Positions 36,393-45,376 of a stretch of DNA of 64,000 bases are shown in pieces. The DNA comes from an uncultured Holophaga sp. (GTDB lineage Bacteria > Acidobacteriota > Holophagae > Holophagales > Holophagaceae), in contig OY761614.1 in the NCBI GenBank assembly GCA_963664825.1, positions 1,568,001-1,632,000 of the forward strand. Reading direction: 5' to 3'. Below the pieces are notes generated by a model that saw only the letters and a list, made by a program, of their open reading frames with translations, had not been told where the DNA came from and searched no databases. The position numbers were made by a program, and so were the translations under genes. Every line of letters starts with the position of its first letter. Within the stretch, counting starts at the first letter, position 1.

Positions 36393-37822
36393 CCCTTCAG
36401 ATTCCCCGGCAGATCGGCTCCGTGCGCATCCTGGAGCGGCTCGGCGAAGGCGGCATGGCCTTCGTGCACCGAGCCGAGGATGCGTTTCGTCCCGAGCGCC
36501 AGCTGGCGATCAAGTTCCTGCGCCCGGAGACGCTCTCCGATGCCGAAACCGTGCGCCGCTTCCTGCGGGAAGGCGAAGTCCTCAAGCGGCTCCATCACCC
36601 CCACCTCGTGGAAGTGATGGATTTTGGCCGGGCCGGGGCGACGCCCTACCTGCTCATGGAACTGCTGCCAGGAGGCAGCATCAAGGGCTGCCGAGGGGAG
36701 GCTCCCGCCGGGGTCCTGCGCCGCCTGGTGCCCGTGGCCGATGCCCTGGCCTTCGCCCATGGATCCGGAGTCATCCATCGGGACCTCAAGCCTAGCAACC
36801 TGCTCTTTGCCGCCGATGGTCGACTCAAGGTGACGGATTTCGGCGTCTGTCTCTGGGAGGGCAGCGAGGGCACCCGGGTCACCCGTTCCCAGATGGTGGT
36901 GGGCACCGTGGGCTACATGGCGCCCGAACAGCACGGGGATCCCCGCAGGGTGGATGGCCGCTGCGATGTCTATGCCCTCGGCGCCATCCTCTACGAGTTC
37001 ACCACGGGCCAGCCCTACAGCCAGGTGCAGATGCCCCCGGCGGCCGTGCGCCCAGGCTTTCCACCGGGCCTGGCGGGCATCCTCATGCAGACCCTGACGG
37101 CCGATCCTGGGCGGCGCACTCCCTCCATGGAGGTGCTGCGGGATCAGCTCCAGGCCTGGCTCGAGAAGGCCGAGGCCGCGGGTTGGGGGGAGGAGCCCCT
37201 GCCGGGCTTCCGCCTGGAGGATCGAGAGGCGCCGACCCTCAGCCGGGCCCGCTCTCGGGAATCGGAAGAAGGCCCCGCTCAGCGCCTGGACCCCTACCTG
37301 GACGCGCTCCAGTCCGGGGGCGTGGGCAGCCGCCGGGCCGCGGCCGAGGGCCTGCGGAATTCCGTGCGGCTGGGCGACGAAGCCTATCTGCTGGAGGCGC
37401 TGGCCCACTGTCCGGAGGGCGCGCGCTTCGCCCTGGTGGCGGCCCTGGGGGAGGTGGGCAGCGGGGATTCCATGGCTGTCCTGCTGGGGATGCTGGGAGA
37501 CCCCTTCGCCCGGGTGGAGGCCGCCGAAGCCGCAAGTATGGTGGCCCTGCGCTCCGATCGCGGCGCCGAGGTGTTGGCGGCCCTGAGGGAACCCGGCCTG
37601 GGCGCTCCCTGGCGCTGGGCGGCCCGCGCCCGCCTGGGGGATGAAGGTTGGAGCGAGGCCTTCCGCACCGAGTGGTCAGTCCTCCCGGCTTCCTTGCGAG
37701 TTCAGGCCTTGGCGGCGGCCCAGCATCTGCCGGAGGCCCTGAGGGCTCACGTCAAGACGGCCACCAGCGCCGAGGTCCAGCGGGCCGGTGGCCATCTCAA
37801 ACAGGCCTGGGAATCCCTCTGA
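36389..37822 (+). CDS. Hanks-type Ser/Thr protein kinase with C-terminal HEAT-like repeats
   Basis: LGEGGMA, AIKFL, IHRDLKPSN, DFG and GTVGYMAPE motifs; helical C-terminus; no TM segment. Confidence 0.9.
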   Translation: MTLQIPRQIGSVRILERLGEGGMAFVHRAEDAFRPERQLAIKFLRPETLSDAETVRRFLREGEVLKRLHHPHLVEVMDFGRAGATPYLLMELLPGGSIKGCRGEAPAGVLRRLVPVADALAFAHGSGVIHRDLKPSNLLFAADGRLKVTDFGVCLWEGSEGTRVTRSQMVVGTVGYMAPEQHGDPRRVDGRCDVYALGAILYEFTTGQPYSQVQMPPAAVRPGFPPGLAGILMQTLTADPGRRTPSMEVLRDQLQAWLEKAEAAGWGEEPLPGFRLEDREAPTLSRARSRESEEGPAQRLDPYLDALQSGGVGSRRAAAEGLRNSVRLGDEAYLLEALAHCPEGARFALVAALGEVGSGDSMAVLLGMLGDPFARVEAAEAASMVALRSDRGAEVLAALREPGLGAPWRWAARARLGDEGWSEAFRTEWSVLPASLRVQALAAAQHLPEALRAHVKTATSAEVQRAGGHLKQAWESL

Positions 37823-38770
37823 TTACTCCAGGATTTCGCTGAGGCTTCGGCCGCCATGGATGCGCAGGATGGCGTCTCCGAAGAGCCTCGCAGTGGAGAG
37901 CACCTTCAGCTGAGGGATGGCCAGCAGCTTCTCCTGGGGGACGGGGATCGTATCGGTGACGACCAGTTCGTCCAGATCGGCGTTGGAGAGCACCTCCGAG
38001 GCGTTGCCGGAGAGGATGGGATGGGTGATGCCCACGCGCACCCTGGCGGCGCCGAATTCCCGCAGGATCCGGGCGGCCTCCTTGATGGATCCGCCGGTGG
38101 CGATCTCGTCGTCGAAGATGATGCAGTCCTTCCCGCGCACATCGCCGATGAGGGCCACGCTCTGGGCCTGCTCATTATCGTTGTAGCGGCGCTTGTCGAT
38201 GATGGCCATGGGGAGGCCCAGGCGCTTGGCCATGTGGCCGGCGAACTTGGCGCCACCGGCGTCCGTGGCCACCACCATGGAATTGGAGGTGTCCGAGTTC
38301 TTGAAATAGCTCACCAGGATGGGCGTGGCCAGGAGCTGGTCGGCCGGGATGCGGAAGAATCCGAGGATCTGCGGCGCGTGTAGCGTCATGGTGAGCACCC
38401 GATCGGCCCCGGCTGCCTGGAGGAGATCGGCCACCAGGCGCGCGGTGATGGAGATGCGGCTCTCGTCCTTCTTGTCGCTGCGGACGTAGGGATAGTAGGG
38501 CAGCACTGCCGTGATGCGCCCAGCCGACGCGAACTTCAGCGCGTCGATCATGATCAGCATCTCCAGCAGGTTGTCGCTCACCGGTGGGCAACTGGTCTGG
38601 ATAACGAAAACGTCCGCTTCGCGGACGTTTTCATCGATTTTCACCTTGATGTTCTCGTTGGTGAAGCGAGAAATCCGGGACTTCCCCAAGGGCATCCCGA
38701 TGTGGGCGGCGATGCCCGACGCCAGTTCTGGGTGGCTAGACCCCGCAAAGACCTTCATCTCACCGAACAT
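37823..38770 (-). CDS. prs: Ribose-phosphate pyrophosphokinase
   Basis: VFAGSSHPELA, ENVREADVFVIQ, ITAVLPYYPYVRSDKK, LHAPQILGFF and DDEIATGGS motifs. Confidence 0.93.
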   Translation of the reverse strand: MFGEMKVFAGSSHPELASGIAAHIGMPLGKSRISRFTNENIKVKIDENVREADVFVIQTSCPPVSDNLLEMLIMIDALKFASAGRITAVLPYYPYVRSDKKDESRISITARLVADLLQAAGADRVLTMTLHAPQILGFFRIPADQLLATPILVSYFKNSDTSNSMVVATDAGGAKFAGHMAKRLGLPMAIIDKRRYNDNEQAQSVALIGDVRGKDCIIFDDEIATGGSIKEAARILREFGAARVRVGITHPILSGNASEVLSNADLDELVVTDTIPVPQEKLLAIPQLKVLSTARLFGDAILRIHGGRSLSEILE

Positions 38771-38832
38771 ACCTACCCCCAAGACAAGTTTACCTGCCCT
38801 CGAAGGGGATTGCAGCGGATGTGGTCACAGTC

Positions 38833-40143
38833 CTAGACGCTGCCGCCGCTCACGCGCTGGATCCGGGCGCCCAGGGCCTGGAGCTTGCGCTCGAGTCCCG
38901 CGTAGCCGCGGTCCAGGTGATAGATCCGGTCCACGGTGGTCTGGCCCTCGGCCACGAGGCCCGCGATCACCAGGGTGGCGCTGGCCCGGAGATCGGTGGC
39001 CATGACCGTGCAGCCCTTGAGGGCGCTGGGTCCGGCCACGATGGCCGTGGGGCCGTCGATGCGGAGATTGGCCCCCAGGCGCTCCAGTTCCATGGCGTGC
39101 TGGAAGCGATTCTCGAAGATGGTCTCCTTGATCACGCTGATGCCTGAGGCCTGGGTGAGGACGGCCATGAGCTGGGCCTGGAGATCGGTGGGGAAGCCCG
39201 GGTAGGGCGAGGTGGCCATGTCCCTGGGCCTCAGCTTCTGGCCGGGCTCGCGCTGGATGCGGAGCTGCATGCCGTCCTGGCCCTGGCGTTCGGTGAAGGC
39301 GCATCCGCAGCGTTCCAGTAGATCGATGAGGCTGCGGAGATGTTCCGGGATCACCCGGTCCAGCACCACGTCTCCCCCCGCCGCAGCCACCGCGCACAGG
39401 AAGGTGCCGGCCTCGATGCGGTCGGCCACCACATCGTGCTGGCAGCCCCCCAGGCTCTCCACGCCCTGGACCGTCAAGACAGGCGTCCCGATGCCTTCGA
39501 TGCGAGCGCCCATCTGCACCAGTTCCTGGGCCAGGTCCGTGATCTCGGGCTCCTGGGCCGCGTTGCGGAGGATGGTGGTGCCCTGGGCCAGGCAAGCGGC
39601 CATGAGGATATTCTCCGTGGCGCCCACGCTCACCTTCTTGAAGGTGTGGTCCATGCCCTTGAGCTTTCCGCTTGGGACACGGGCCTCCACGTAGCCCTTG
39701 TCGATGATGATCTCGGCGCCCATGTGCTCCAGGGCCTCCAGGTGGAGGTTCACGGGCCGGGCGCCGATGGCGCATCCCCCCGGCAGGCTCACGGAGGCCC
39801 TGCCGAAGCGGGCCAACATGGGGCCCAGCACCAGGATGCTGGCCCTCATGGTCTTCACCAGCTCGTAGGGCGCGCGCAGGCCTCCCTGTTCCAGCCCCGC
39901 GGCGCAGAGGGTGGCCTCGATCTCGAAGCCCTCGGCGTCCTTTTGGATCTCTGCGGTGCAGCCCAGGGCCTGGAGCACCTTCACCATGGTGCGGATATCG
40001 GAGACCGCGGGCAGATGGCGCAGGGTCACGGGCTCGTCGCTGAGCAGCACCGCCGCCAAGCAGGGCAGGGCCGCGTTCTTCGCTCCCGAAACTGTCACAT
40101 GCCCCGCCAGGGGCACACCGCCTTCAATGACCAGCCGATCCAT
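38833..40143 (-). CDS. murA: UDP-N-acetylglucosamine 1-carboxyvinyltransferase
   Basis: SGAKNAALP, MRASILVLGP, LPGGCAIGARPVNLH, PYPGFPTDLQ and HLDRGY motifs. Confidence 0.95.
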   Translation of the reverse strand: MDRLVIEGGVPLAGHVTVSGAKNAALPCLAAVLLSDEPVTLRHLPAVSDIRTMVKVLQALGCTAEIQKDAEGFEIEATLCAAGLEQGGLRAPYELVKTMRASILVLGPMLARFGRASVSLPGGCAIGARPVNLHLEALEHMGAEIIIDKGYVEARVPSGKLKGMDHTFKKVSVGATENILMAACLAQGTTILRNAAQEPEITDLAQELVQMGARIEGIGTPVLTVQGVESLGGCQHDVVADRIEAGTFLCAVAAAGGDVVLDRVIPEHLRSLIDLLERCGCAFTERQGQDGMQLRIQREPGQKLRPRDMATSPYPGFPTDLQAQLMAVLTQASGISVIKETIFENRFQHAMELERLGANLRIDGPTAIVAGPSALKGCTVMATDLRASATLVIAGLVAEGQTTVDRIYHLDRGYAGLERKLQALGARIQRVSGGSV

Positions 40144-40168
40144 TGCCGCTCCACATGCAGAACCCAGC

Positions 40169-40624
40169 TTAGCGGAGAACGGCCTCCTCCATGCCGAGAA
40201 CCCGGCCCCGGAAGGCGCTCCGCGCCAGGGGCCCCCAGGCCCGGGAATCCCGGCTCTGGGGACGGTTGTCCCCCAGGAGCAGGTAGCCCTGGCCCGCTTC
40301 CCAGGGGCCGCCGTCCTGCCCTTCGAGATGCTGGACATAGGGTTCTGCGAGAAGGCTGCCCTGGCCGAAGAGATCCCCTCCCCTCATCTCCAGGTGCTCT
40401 CCGGGCAGGGCCATTACGCGCTTGAGGCAGGGGCCCTCGGGTCCTTCCACCATCCACACCTGCCCCCGGCGAGGCGCGCCCGCCGCCCAGCTTCTCAGGA
40501 CCCAGCACACCCCGCCATCCCTCAGGGTGGGTTCCATGCTCCGGCCCTGGACGCGCAAGGGGTGAACCACGGTCAACGGGGAAAGCGCCAAACCCAGGGC
40601 GAGGAGGGGGATCCAGGGCTTCAT
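40169..40624 (-). CDS. lepB: Signal peptidase I (S26)
   Basis: GRSMEPTL (Ser), LKRVMALPGE (Lys) and LGDNRPQSRDSRAWG motifs. Confidence 0.85.
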   Translation of the reverse strand: MKPWIPLLALGLALSPLTVVHPLRVQGRSMEPTLRDGGVCWVLRSWAAGAPRRGQVWMVEGPEGPCLKRVMALPGEHLEMRGGDLFGQGSLLAEPYVQHLEGQDGGPWEAGQGYLLLGDNRPQSRDSRAWGPLARSAFRGRVLGMEEAVLR

Positions 40625-40983
40625 GCGCGCAGGGCCAGCCGCCGTCCCGTGCCATCGGTCAAGGCCACCGAGACCAGGCGCGCCGGTGGCGGGACCTGGG
40701 GTACGAGCTTCTCCAGGAGGAGCCGAGCCAGATCCAGGGGGCAGGCCAGGCCCTGATCCGAGAGCAAATGCCCCTCCAGGGGCTCCAGCAGAGCGTCCAG
40801 GGCCTTTTCCAGGGCCCGGAAATCCATCACCACGTCGAAACCATCCAGGCCCTGGCGTTCCGTGAGCACCTCCACGCGGTAGTCGTGGCCCTCCCAATGG
40901 CCCTCGTATCCCCGGAAGACCACGGAGAGGGGGCGCTCCACGGCGGCCTGGAAATACAGGGAAGGCGGGACGGAATCGGCCAT
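40621..40983 (-). CDS. QueD/PTPS-fold protein (degenerate)
   Basis: GHDYRVEV...LDGFDVVMDFRALEKAL matches the 6-pyruvoyl-tetrahydropterin synthase fold, but several catalytic residues are missing. Confidence 0.6.
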   Translation of the reverse strand: MADSVPPSLYFQAAVERPLSVVFRGYEGHWEGHDYRVEVLTERQGLDGFDVVMDFRALEKALDALLEPLEGHLLSDQGLACPLDLARLLLEKLVPQVPPPARLVSVALTDGTGRRLALRA

Positions 40984-41033
40984 GCCTAGATTCTGACAGA
41001 GCCAGAGCCTGAAGGCCCGCTCCCCATGCCTTT

Positions 41034-41888
41034 TCAGTGCCTCAGCAGCATCGGGAACTTGTCCACCAGGAAGAAGACGATCTCCACGGCGATGAGGATG
41101 ATGACGATCCACTCCAGGCGGTGGTTCTTGCGGGTGGTGAGGAGATCGATCATCCGCGCCGCGGCGTCCGAGAGATAGGCCAGCTTCTGCTGGATGGCGT
41201 TCAGGCGCTCATCCAGATCGAACTGATCGAAGAGGGCGCTATCCAGATGGGCCAGGGATTCGCTCTCCCAGGTCTCCGGGGGATCGTCGAAGAGGGTGAG
41301 ATCCTCCAGCACCGTGGCCCGGGTCTCCATGGTGAATCCGATGATCTTCATGGCCTGGAGGTGGGTGAGGCAGAGGCGACCCCGGCTGGCCAGGCCCGCC
41401 ATCACGGGCTCGAACTTGGCCATGGCCCCCCGGACGGAACCCTCGATATGGTCCAGGGCCACGCTCTGGGCCAGGGTGAGGCTCACGATCTTGAGGCGGT
41501 CCAAGGTGAAATCCCGAAGCCACACCTCGGAGAAGCCGACATGCTCATCAAGAGCCCCCACATGCACCGTCAGCAGATCCCGGACTCCCTCCATCCGCGT
41601 GCCGAGGGTGGCCATATCGCGCAATTCCTCGTGGAGCGTGGCGATGACGCGCTCGGAGCAGTTCCAGAACACCACCGCCCCGAAGCGCGCCAGGAAGACG
41701 AAGCTGCCCTCTTCGGGTGCGATCACCAGCGGGTTGGCGCTGATGACCCGGTGGTGGGCGCAGCGGCTGCGGAACAGGCGGCCATCGATCTGGCCCTCGT
41801 AGTAGTCGGCCACCAGGCGAAGGGTGGCCTGGCCTTGGACCAGGAGGGCCGTGCGGGGATTGGGAGGCGCCGGCTGTATGTTGTCCAT
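41034..41888 (-). CDS. RMD1/DUF155 family protein
   Basis: FGAVVFWN, LAQSVALD, PPETWE, FDLDERL and RLEWIVIILIAVEI motifs. Confidence 0.85.
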   Translation of the reverse strand: MDNIQPAPPNPRTALLVQGQATLRLVADYYEGQIDGRLFRSRCAHHRVISANPLVIAPEEGSFVFLARFGAVVFWNCSERVIATLHEELRDMATLGTRMEGVRDLLTVHVGALDEHVGFSEVWLRDFTLDRLKIVSLTLAQSVALDHIEGSVRGAMAKFEPVMAGLASRGRLCLTHLQAMKIIGFTMETRATVLEDLTLFDDPPETWESESLAHLDSALFDQFDLDERLNAIQQKLAYLSDAAARMIDLLTTRKNHRLEWIVIILIAVEIVFFLVDKFPMLLRH

Positions 41889-41912
41889 GGGTGCTCCCGA
41901 GGGCCAGGGGCC

Positions 41913-42425
41913 TCAGGCTTCCGGGTCCGGAACCTGGAGGGGTATGGGCTGGGTCTGGCCCGTGCGAGGGGGCAGCAGGGGCTCGTCTTCGGCGGGGATG
42001 ACCCCCTTCTCCCTCAGGATGGAGGCGGCCTGGTAGGCGGCCAGGACGGCGGTGCGGATGCGCTGGTAGCTGGTCTCCGTGACCTTGGTGTTGAAGGCCA
42101 GATTGCCCACCACGTACCAGGATTCCCCATTGGGCAGGGCCTGGGGGGCCGAGACCTGGATCTGGGGGGGCATGATGGAACTGGAACTATCCTCCCGCAG
42201 CTGCACGGCCACGCGCTCGCACCAGGCCTGGAGCCGGGGCGTGATGGCCAGTCCCTCGGCCTCGTCCTTCACCGTGAGGCGGCCGTAGAGCGTGAAGAAG
42301 AGCCGCAGCTGGGGCAGATCGAAGCTGGAGTTCAGATATCCAGCCATGGAGGCGATCTGCTGGAAATCCTTCTGCAGCGCGAGCAGCTTGGGACTGGGAA
42401 CGGCTGGACCTCGGGCGGCTAACAT
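41913..42425 (-). CDS. Hypothetical protein
   Basis: 170-aa ORF filling the gap; CATAAT 6 nt upstream of the ATG. Confidence 0.6.
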   Translation of the reverse strand: MLAARGPAVPSPKLLALQKDFQQIASMAGYLNSSFDLPQLRLFFTLYGRLTVKDEAEGLAITPRLQAWCERVAVQLREDSSSSIMPPQIQVSAPQALPNGESWYVVGNLAFNTKVTETSYQRIRTAVLAAYQAASILREKGVIPAEDEPLLPPRTGQTQPIPLQVPDPEA

Positions 42426-42464
42426 GGCCCGATTATGCTCCCATTGCCAAGCACGAAGGGGCTT

Positions 42465-42687
42465 GCCTCCTCAGAGCCCCCATGGAACCCTGAAGCTTCC
42501 AACCGCCCCGGAAACCGGGAAGCAGGTGAAGGCTCCCCCGGGAACCGATTCCTGCGCTGCCCCGCAACGGTGAGCACCTCGGCCCTTGGGTCGGGAGACC
42601 CTGCCGGGGCCACTGGCGCGCTGCGCCGGGAAGGTCTCGGGGACCAGCAAGGTCCGTCGCGTGCGAGCCCGGAGACCGATCCGAGGC
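42465..42687 (+). ncRNA. Cobalamin riboswitch upstream of cobT
   Basis: AACCGGGAAGCAGGTG...CCTGCGCTGCCCCGCAACGGTGA...GCCACTG...CCGGGAAGG...GAGCCCGGAGACC (B12 box). Confidence 0.9.
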
Positions 42688-42723
42688 CAGCCCCTCGCCG
42701 TGGGAGCGAGAAGGAGCCCCTCC

Positions 42724-43758
42724 ATGCGATTGCCCCAACTGCCGGTCCTGGCCCCCGCCAGGAAAGTCCTCTTCCAGGCGCACCTGGACGATCTCACCAA
42801 ACCCAAGGGCAGCCTTGGACGACTGGAGTCCTTGGGTCTCCAGCTGGCCTGGATCGCCGACACCGAGCGCCCCGCCGATCCCGAGGCCTACATCCTCACC
42901 TTTGGGGGCGATCACGGCATCGTGCGCCGGGGGGTCAGCGCCTTCCCGGCCGAAGTGACGCCCCAGATGATGGCCAATATCGCAGCAGGTGGGGCGGCCA
43001 TCTGCGCCCTCTGCGGCGCCAACCGCATCACCCATCGCGTCATCGATGTGGGCGTGGCGGTGCCCTGTCCCTTCCCCGGCGTCTCCCAGCGCAACGTGGT
43101 GCGCGGCACGGCCGATCCCCTGGAGGGTCCCGCCATGACGCGCGCCCAGGCGGAGGCCTCCATCCAGGCGGGCCTGGACGAAGTGGCCGATCTGCCCAAG
43201 CGTCCCTTCGCCCTCCTGGGCCTGGGGGAGATGGGCATCGCCAATTCCGCCATCGCCGCGCTACTGGTATGTGCCTTCGGGGGCCTGACGCCTGAAGAGG
43301 CCGTGGGACCGGGGACGGGGGTCGAGGGCGAGGTGCTGCGCCACAAGATCCGGATCGTGCAGGAGGTCCTGAACAAGCACTGTCCGGATGCCACCGATCC
43401 CATCGGCGTATTGGCCTCCGTGGGCGGGGCCGAATTTGGTGCCATGGCCGGAGCCATGCTGGCGGGTGCCTCCCGGGGATGGGCCATCCTGGTGGACGGC
43501 TACATCGCCGGGGCCGCGGCCCTTCTCGCCATCGCCCTGGATCCGAAGATCAAGGACTTCCTCGTGTGGAGCCACCGCAGCGCCGAGCCCGGCGCCAAGC
43601 GCCTGCTGGAGAAGCTGGAGATCGAGCCGGTGCTGGACTTCAATCTGCGCCTGGGGGAAGGCACGGGAGCCGCGCTCGCCGTGCCCATCCTGCGCAGCGC
43701 CTGCGCCGTCATGCGGGAGATGGCCACCTTCAGCAGCGCCGGCGTGAGCAAGGGCTGA
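42724..43758 (+). CDS. cobT: Nicotinate-nucleotide--dimethylbenzimidazole phosphoribosyltransferase
   Basis: LTKPKGSLGRLE, DHGI...GVSAFP, GEMGIAN, GPGTG and LRLGEGTGA motifs. Confidence 0.93.
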   Translation: MRLPQLPVLAPARKVLFQAHLDDLTKPKGSLGRLESLGLQLAWIADTERPADPEAYILTFGGDHGIVRRGVSAFPAEVTPQMMANIAAGGAAICALCGANRITHRVIDVGVAVPCPFPGVSQRNVVRGTADPLEGPAMTRAQAEASIQAGLDEVADLPKRPFALLGLGEMGIANSAIAALLVCAFGGLTPEEAVGPGTGVEGEVLRHKIRIVQEVLNKHCPDATDPIGVLASVGGAEFGAMAGAMLAGASRGWAILVDGYIAGAAALLAIALDPKIKDFLVWSHRSAEPGAKRLLEKLEIEPVLDFNLRLGEGTGAALAVPILRSACAVMREMATFSSAGVSKG

Positions 43759-43771
43759 AGCCGGGATCACC

Positions 43772-44500
43772 ATGCGTTCACTCATCGCCGCCTTCCGCTT
43801 CCTGACGCGCGTTCCCCTGCCGGGGCCCGCGACCCGGCCCGAGGACATCTCCCGGGCCGTAGGCTGGTTCCCGCTGGTGGGAGCCTGCGTGGGCGCGGCT
43901 ACGGCCGGCGTCTTCCTGCTGGCACTCCGGCTATGGGCCCCGCCCGTGGCCGCCGTGCTGGCCATCGCCGCGGGCCTGATGCTCACCGGCGGCTTCCACG
44001 AGGACGGGGCTACCGATGCCACCGATGGCCTGGGGGGAGGCTGGACCCGGGAGCGGGTGCTGGAAATCATGAAGGACAGCCGCATCGGCGCCTACGGATC
44101 CATGGCGCTGTGGTGCCTGTTGATGCTCCGCTGGGCGACCCTGGTGTCCTTCGGGACGAAGGCCATCCTGGCCCTGCCTCTGGCCATGATCCTGGGCCGC
44201 TGGTCGGTGGCTTTCCTGCTGCGCATGCTGCCGCCCATTGGTCAGGGCCTGGCCAAGGAGGTCCACAAGGGCCTGGGCTGGGGCTCCTACATCGCCTCCA
44301 CCCTGCTGGCCGGGCTGCTCTGCCTGGTGGTCTGGCACCTGGGCCTGCCTCACGTGCTGCGCTCCGTATTCGCGGCGGCCCTCACGATCCTCCTCTGGAG
44401 TCTCTACCTGCGCCACCGGCTGGGGGGCCATAGCGGGGATCTCCTGGGAGCGGGTAACCAGTTGGTGGAGGCCGCCGTGCTGCTGACCCTATTGGCATGA
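43772..44500 (+). CDS. cobS: Adenosylcobinamide-GDP ribazoletransferase (cobalamin synthase)
   Basis: FLTRVP, LTGGFHEDGATDATDGL, IMKDSRIGAYG and GGHSGDLLGA motifs. Confidence 0.92.
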   Translation: MRSLIAAFRFLTRVPLPGPATRPEDISRAVGWFPLVGACVGAATAGVFLLALRLWAPPVAAVLAIAAGLMLTGGFHEDGATDATDGLGGGWTRERVLEIMKDSRIGAYGSMALWCLLMLRWATLVSFGTKAILALPLAMILGRWSVAFLLRMLPPIGQGLAKEVHKGLGWGSYIASTLLAGLLCLVVWHLGLPHVLRSVFAAALTILLWSLYLRHRLGGHSGDLLGAGNQLVEAAVLLTLLA

Positions 44501-45066
44501 CGCCCCTCTTCCTCCTCCGCCACGGCCCCACGGCCGCCTCTCAGTGCGGGGCCCCCCTGGGCCGTCTGGATCTGCCGGTGCTGCCCGAGGGCCAGGCCCT
44601 CTGGCCCCGGGTGAAGCAGGAGCTGCTGGCCCTCGGCCTCCAGCGGGTGCTCAGTTCGGATCTCCAGCGGGCGCGGCTTCACGCCTTGGATTTGGGCCTG
44701 CCCTGCCTGGTGCTGCCGGAGCTGGGGGAGCAGGCCTTCGGCCAATGGGAGGGCGTGCCCTGGGGTCAGATCCAGGGGACCGACGCCTTCTTCGCCAACC
44801 CGGCCCTCGCCACGCCTCCCGGCGGGGAGTCCTTCGCCCGCTGCGCCAGCCGGGCCCTCCTGGCCCTTCAGGGCGCTCTGGAAGGTGAGCAGCCTACCCT
44901 GGTCTTCTCCCACGGCGGTCCCCTGCGGGCCATCCTGGCTCACTTCCTGGGCCTGTCCCTGGAGCGGGCCCTGGACTTGGCCTGGCAGCCCTATGGTCTG
45001 ACCAAGTTGGAGGTTTACGCCCCCAATCGAGCGATCCTGCGTTTCCATAACCGTACCCTCCCATGA
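44497..45066 (+). CDS. cobC: Alpha-ribazole phosphatase (histidine phosphatase family)
   Basis: LLRHG, SSDLQRA, FGQWEG, PPGGES and SHGG motifs; follows cobS. Confidence 0.8.
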   Translation: MTPLFLLRHGPTAASQCGAPLGRLDLPVLPEGQALWPRVKQELLALGLQRVLSSDLQRARLHALDLGLPCLVLPELGEQAFGQWEGVPWGQIQGTDAFFANPALATPPGGESFARCASRALLALQGALEGEQPTLVFSHGGPLRAILAHFLGLSLERALDLAWQPYGLTKLEVYAPNRAILRFHNRTLP

Positions 45067-45155
45067 CGGGCTGCTCTGCCCCGGATCAGCAGGCTGCACT
45101 GCAGCCTGCTTCCCGCTCGCCCTTCGCCTTCGGTTCTGGGCTTGCGGACGGGGCA

Positions 45156-45233
45156 CCCTATGGACTGACCAAACTGGATGTCTACGCCTCCGATCGGGCT
45201 GTCCTGGGTTTCCATAACCGTATCCTCCCCTGA
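45156..45233 (+). repeat. Diverged duplicate of the last 78 bp of cobC (44989-45066)
   Basis: Aligns without gaps, with 13 mismatches, and includes the stop codon; separated from the gene by a hairpin-rich element. Confidence 0.85.
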
Positions 45234-45376
45234 GGTGAGCCCACGCTGGGCTGCGCGGCTGTCATACTGCGGCTTCGACATCCTCCGGCCTTGAGCTCAC
45301 GAATCTTGGATGGCCGTCCCCTGGGTGGGATGGCTTCCTCCAGGCGTCGAGTTCCCCAGCCTCCCTTGGTGGATCC

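Noticed and set aside
44989..45233. Diversity-generating retroelement VR/TR pair
   Set aside because: Mismatches are not adenine-specific (T/C, G/T and C/G changes occur), many are synonymous, and there is no reverse transcriptase nearby
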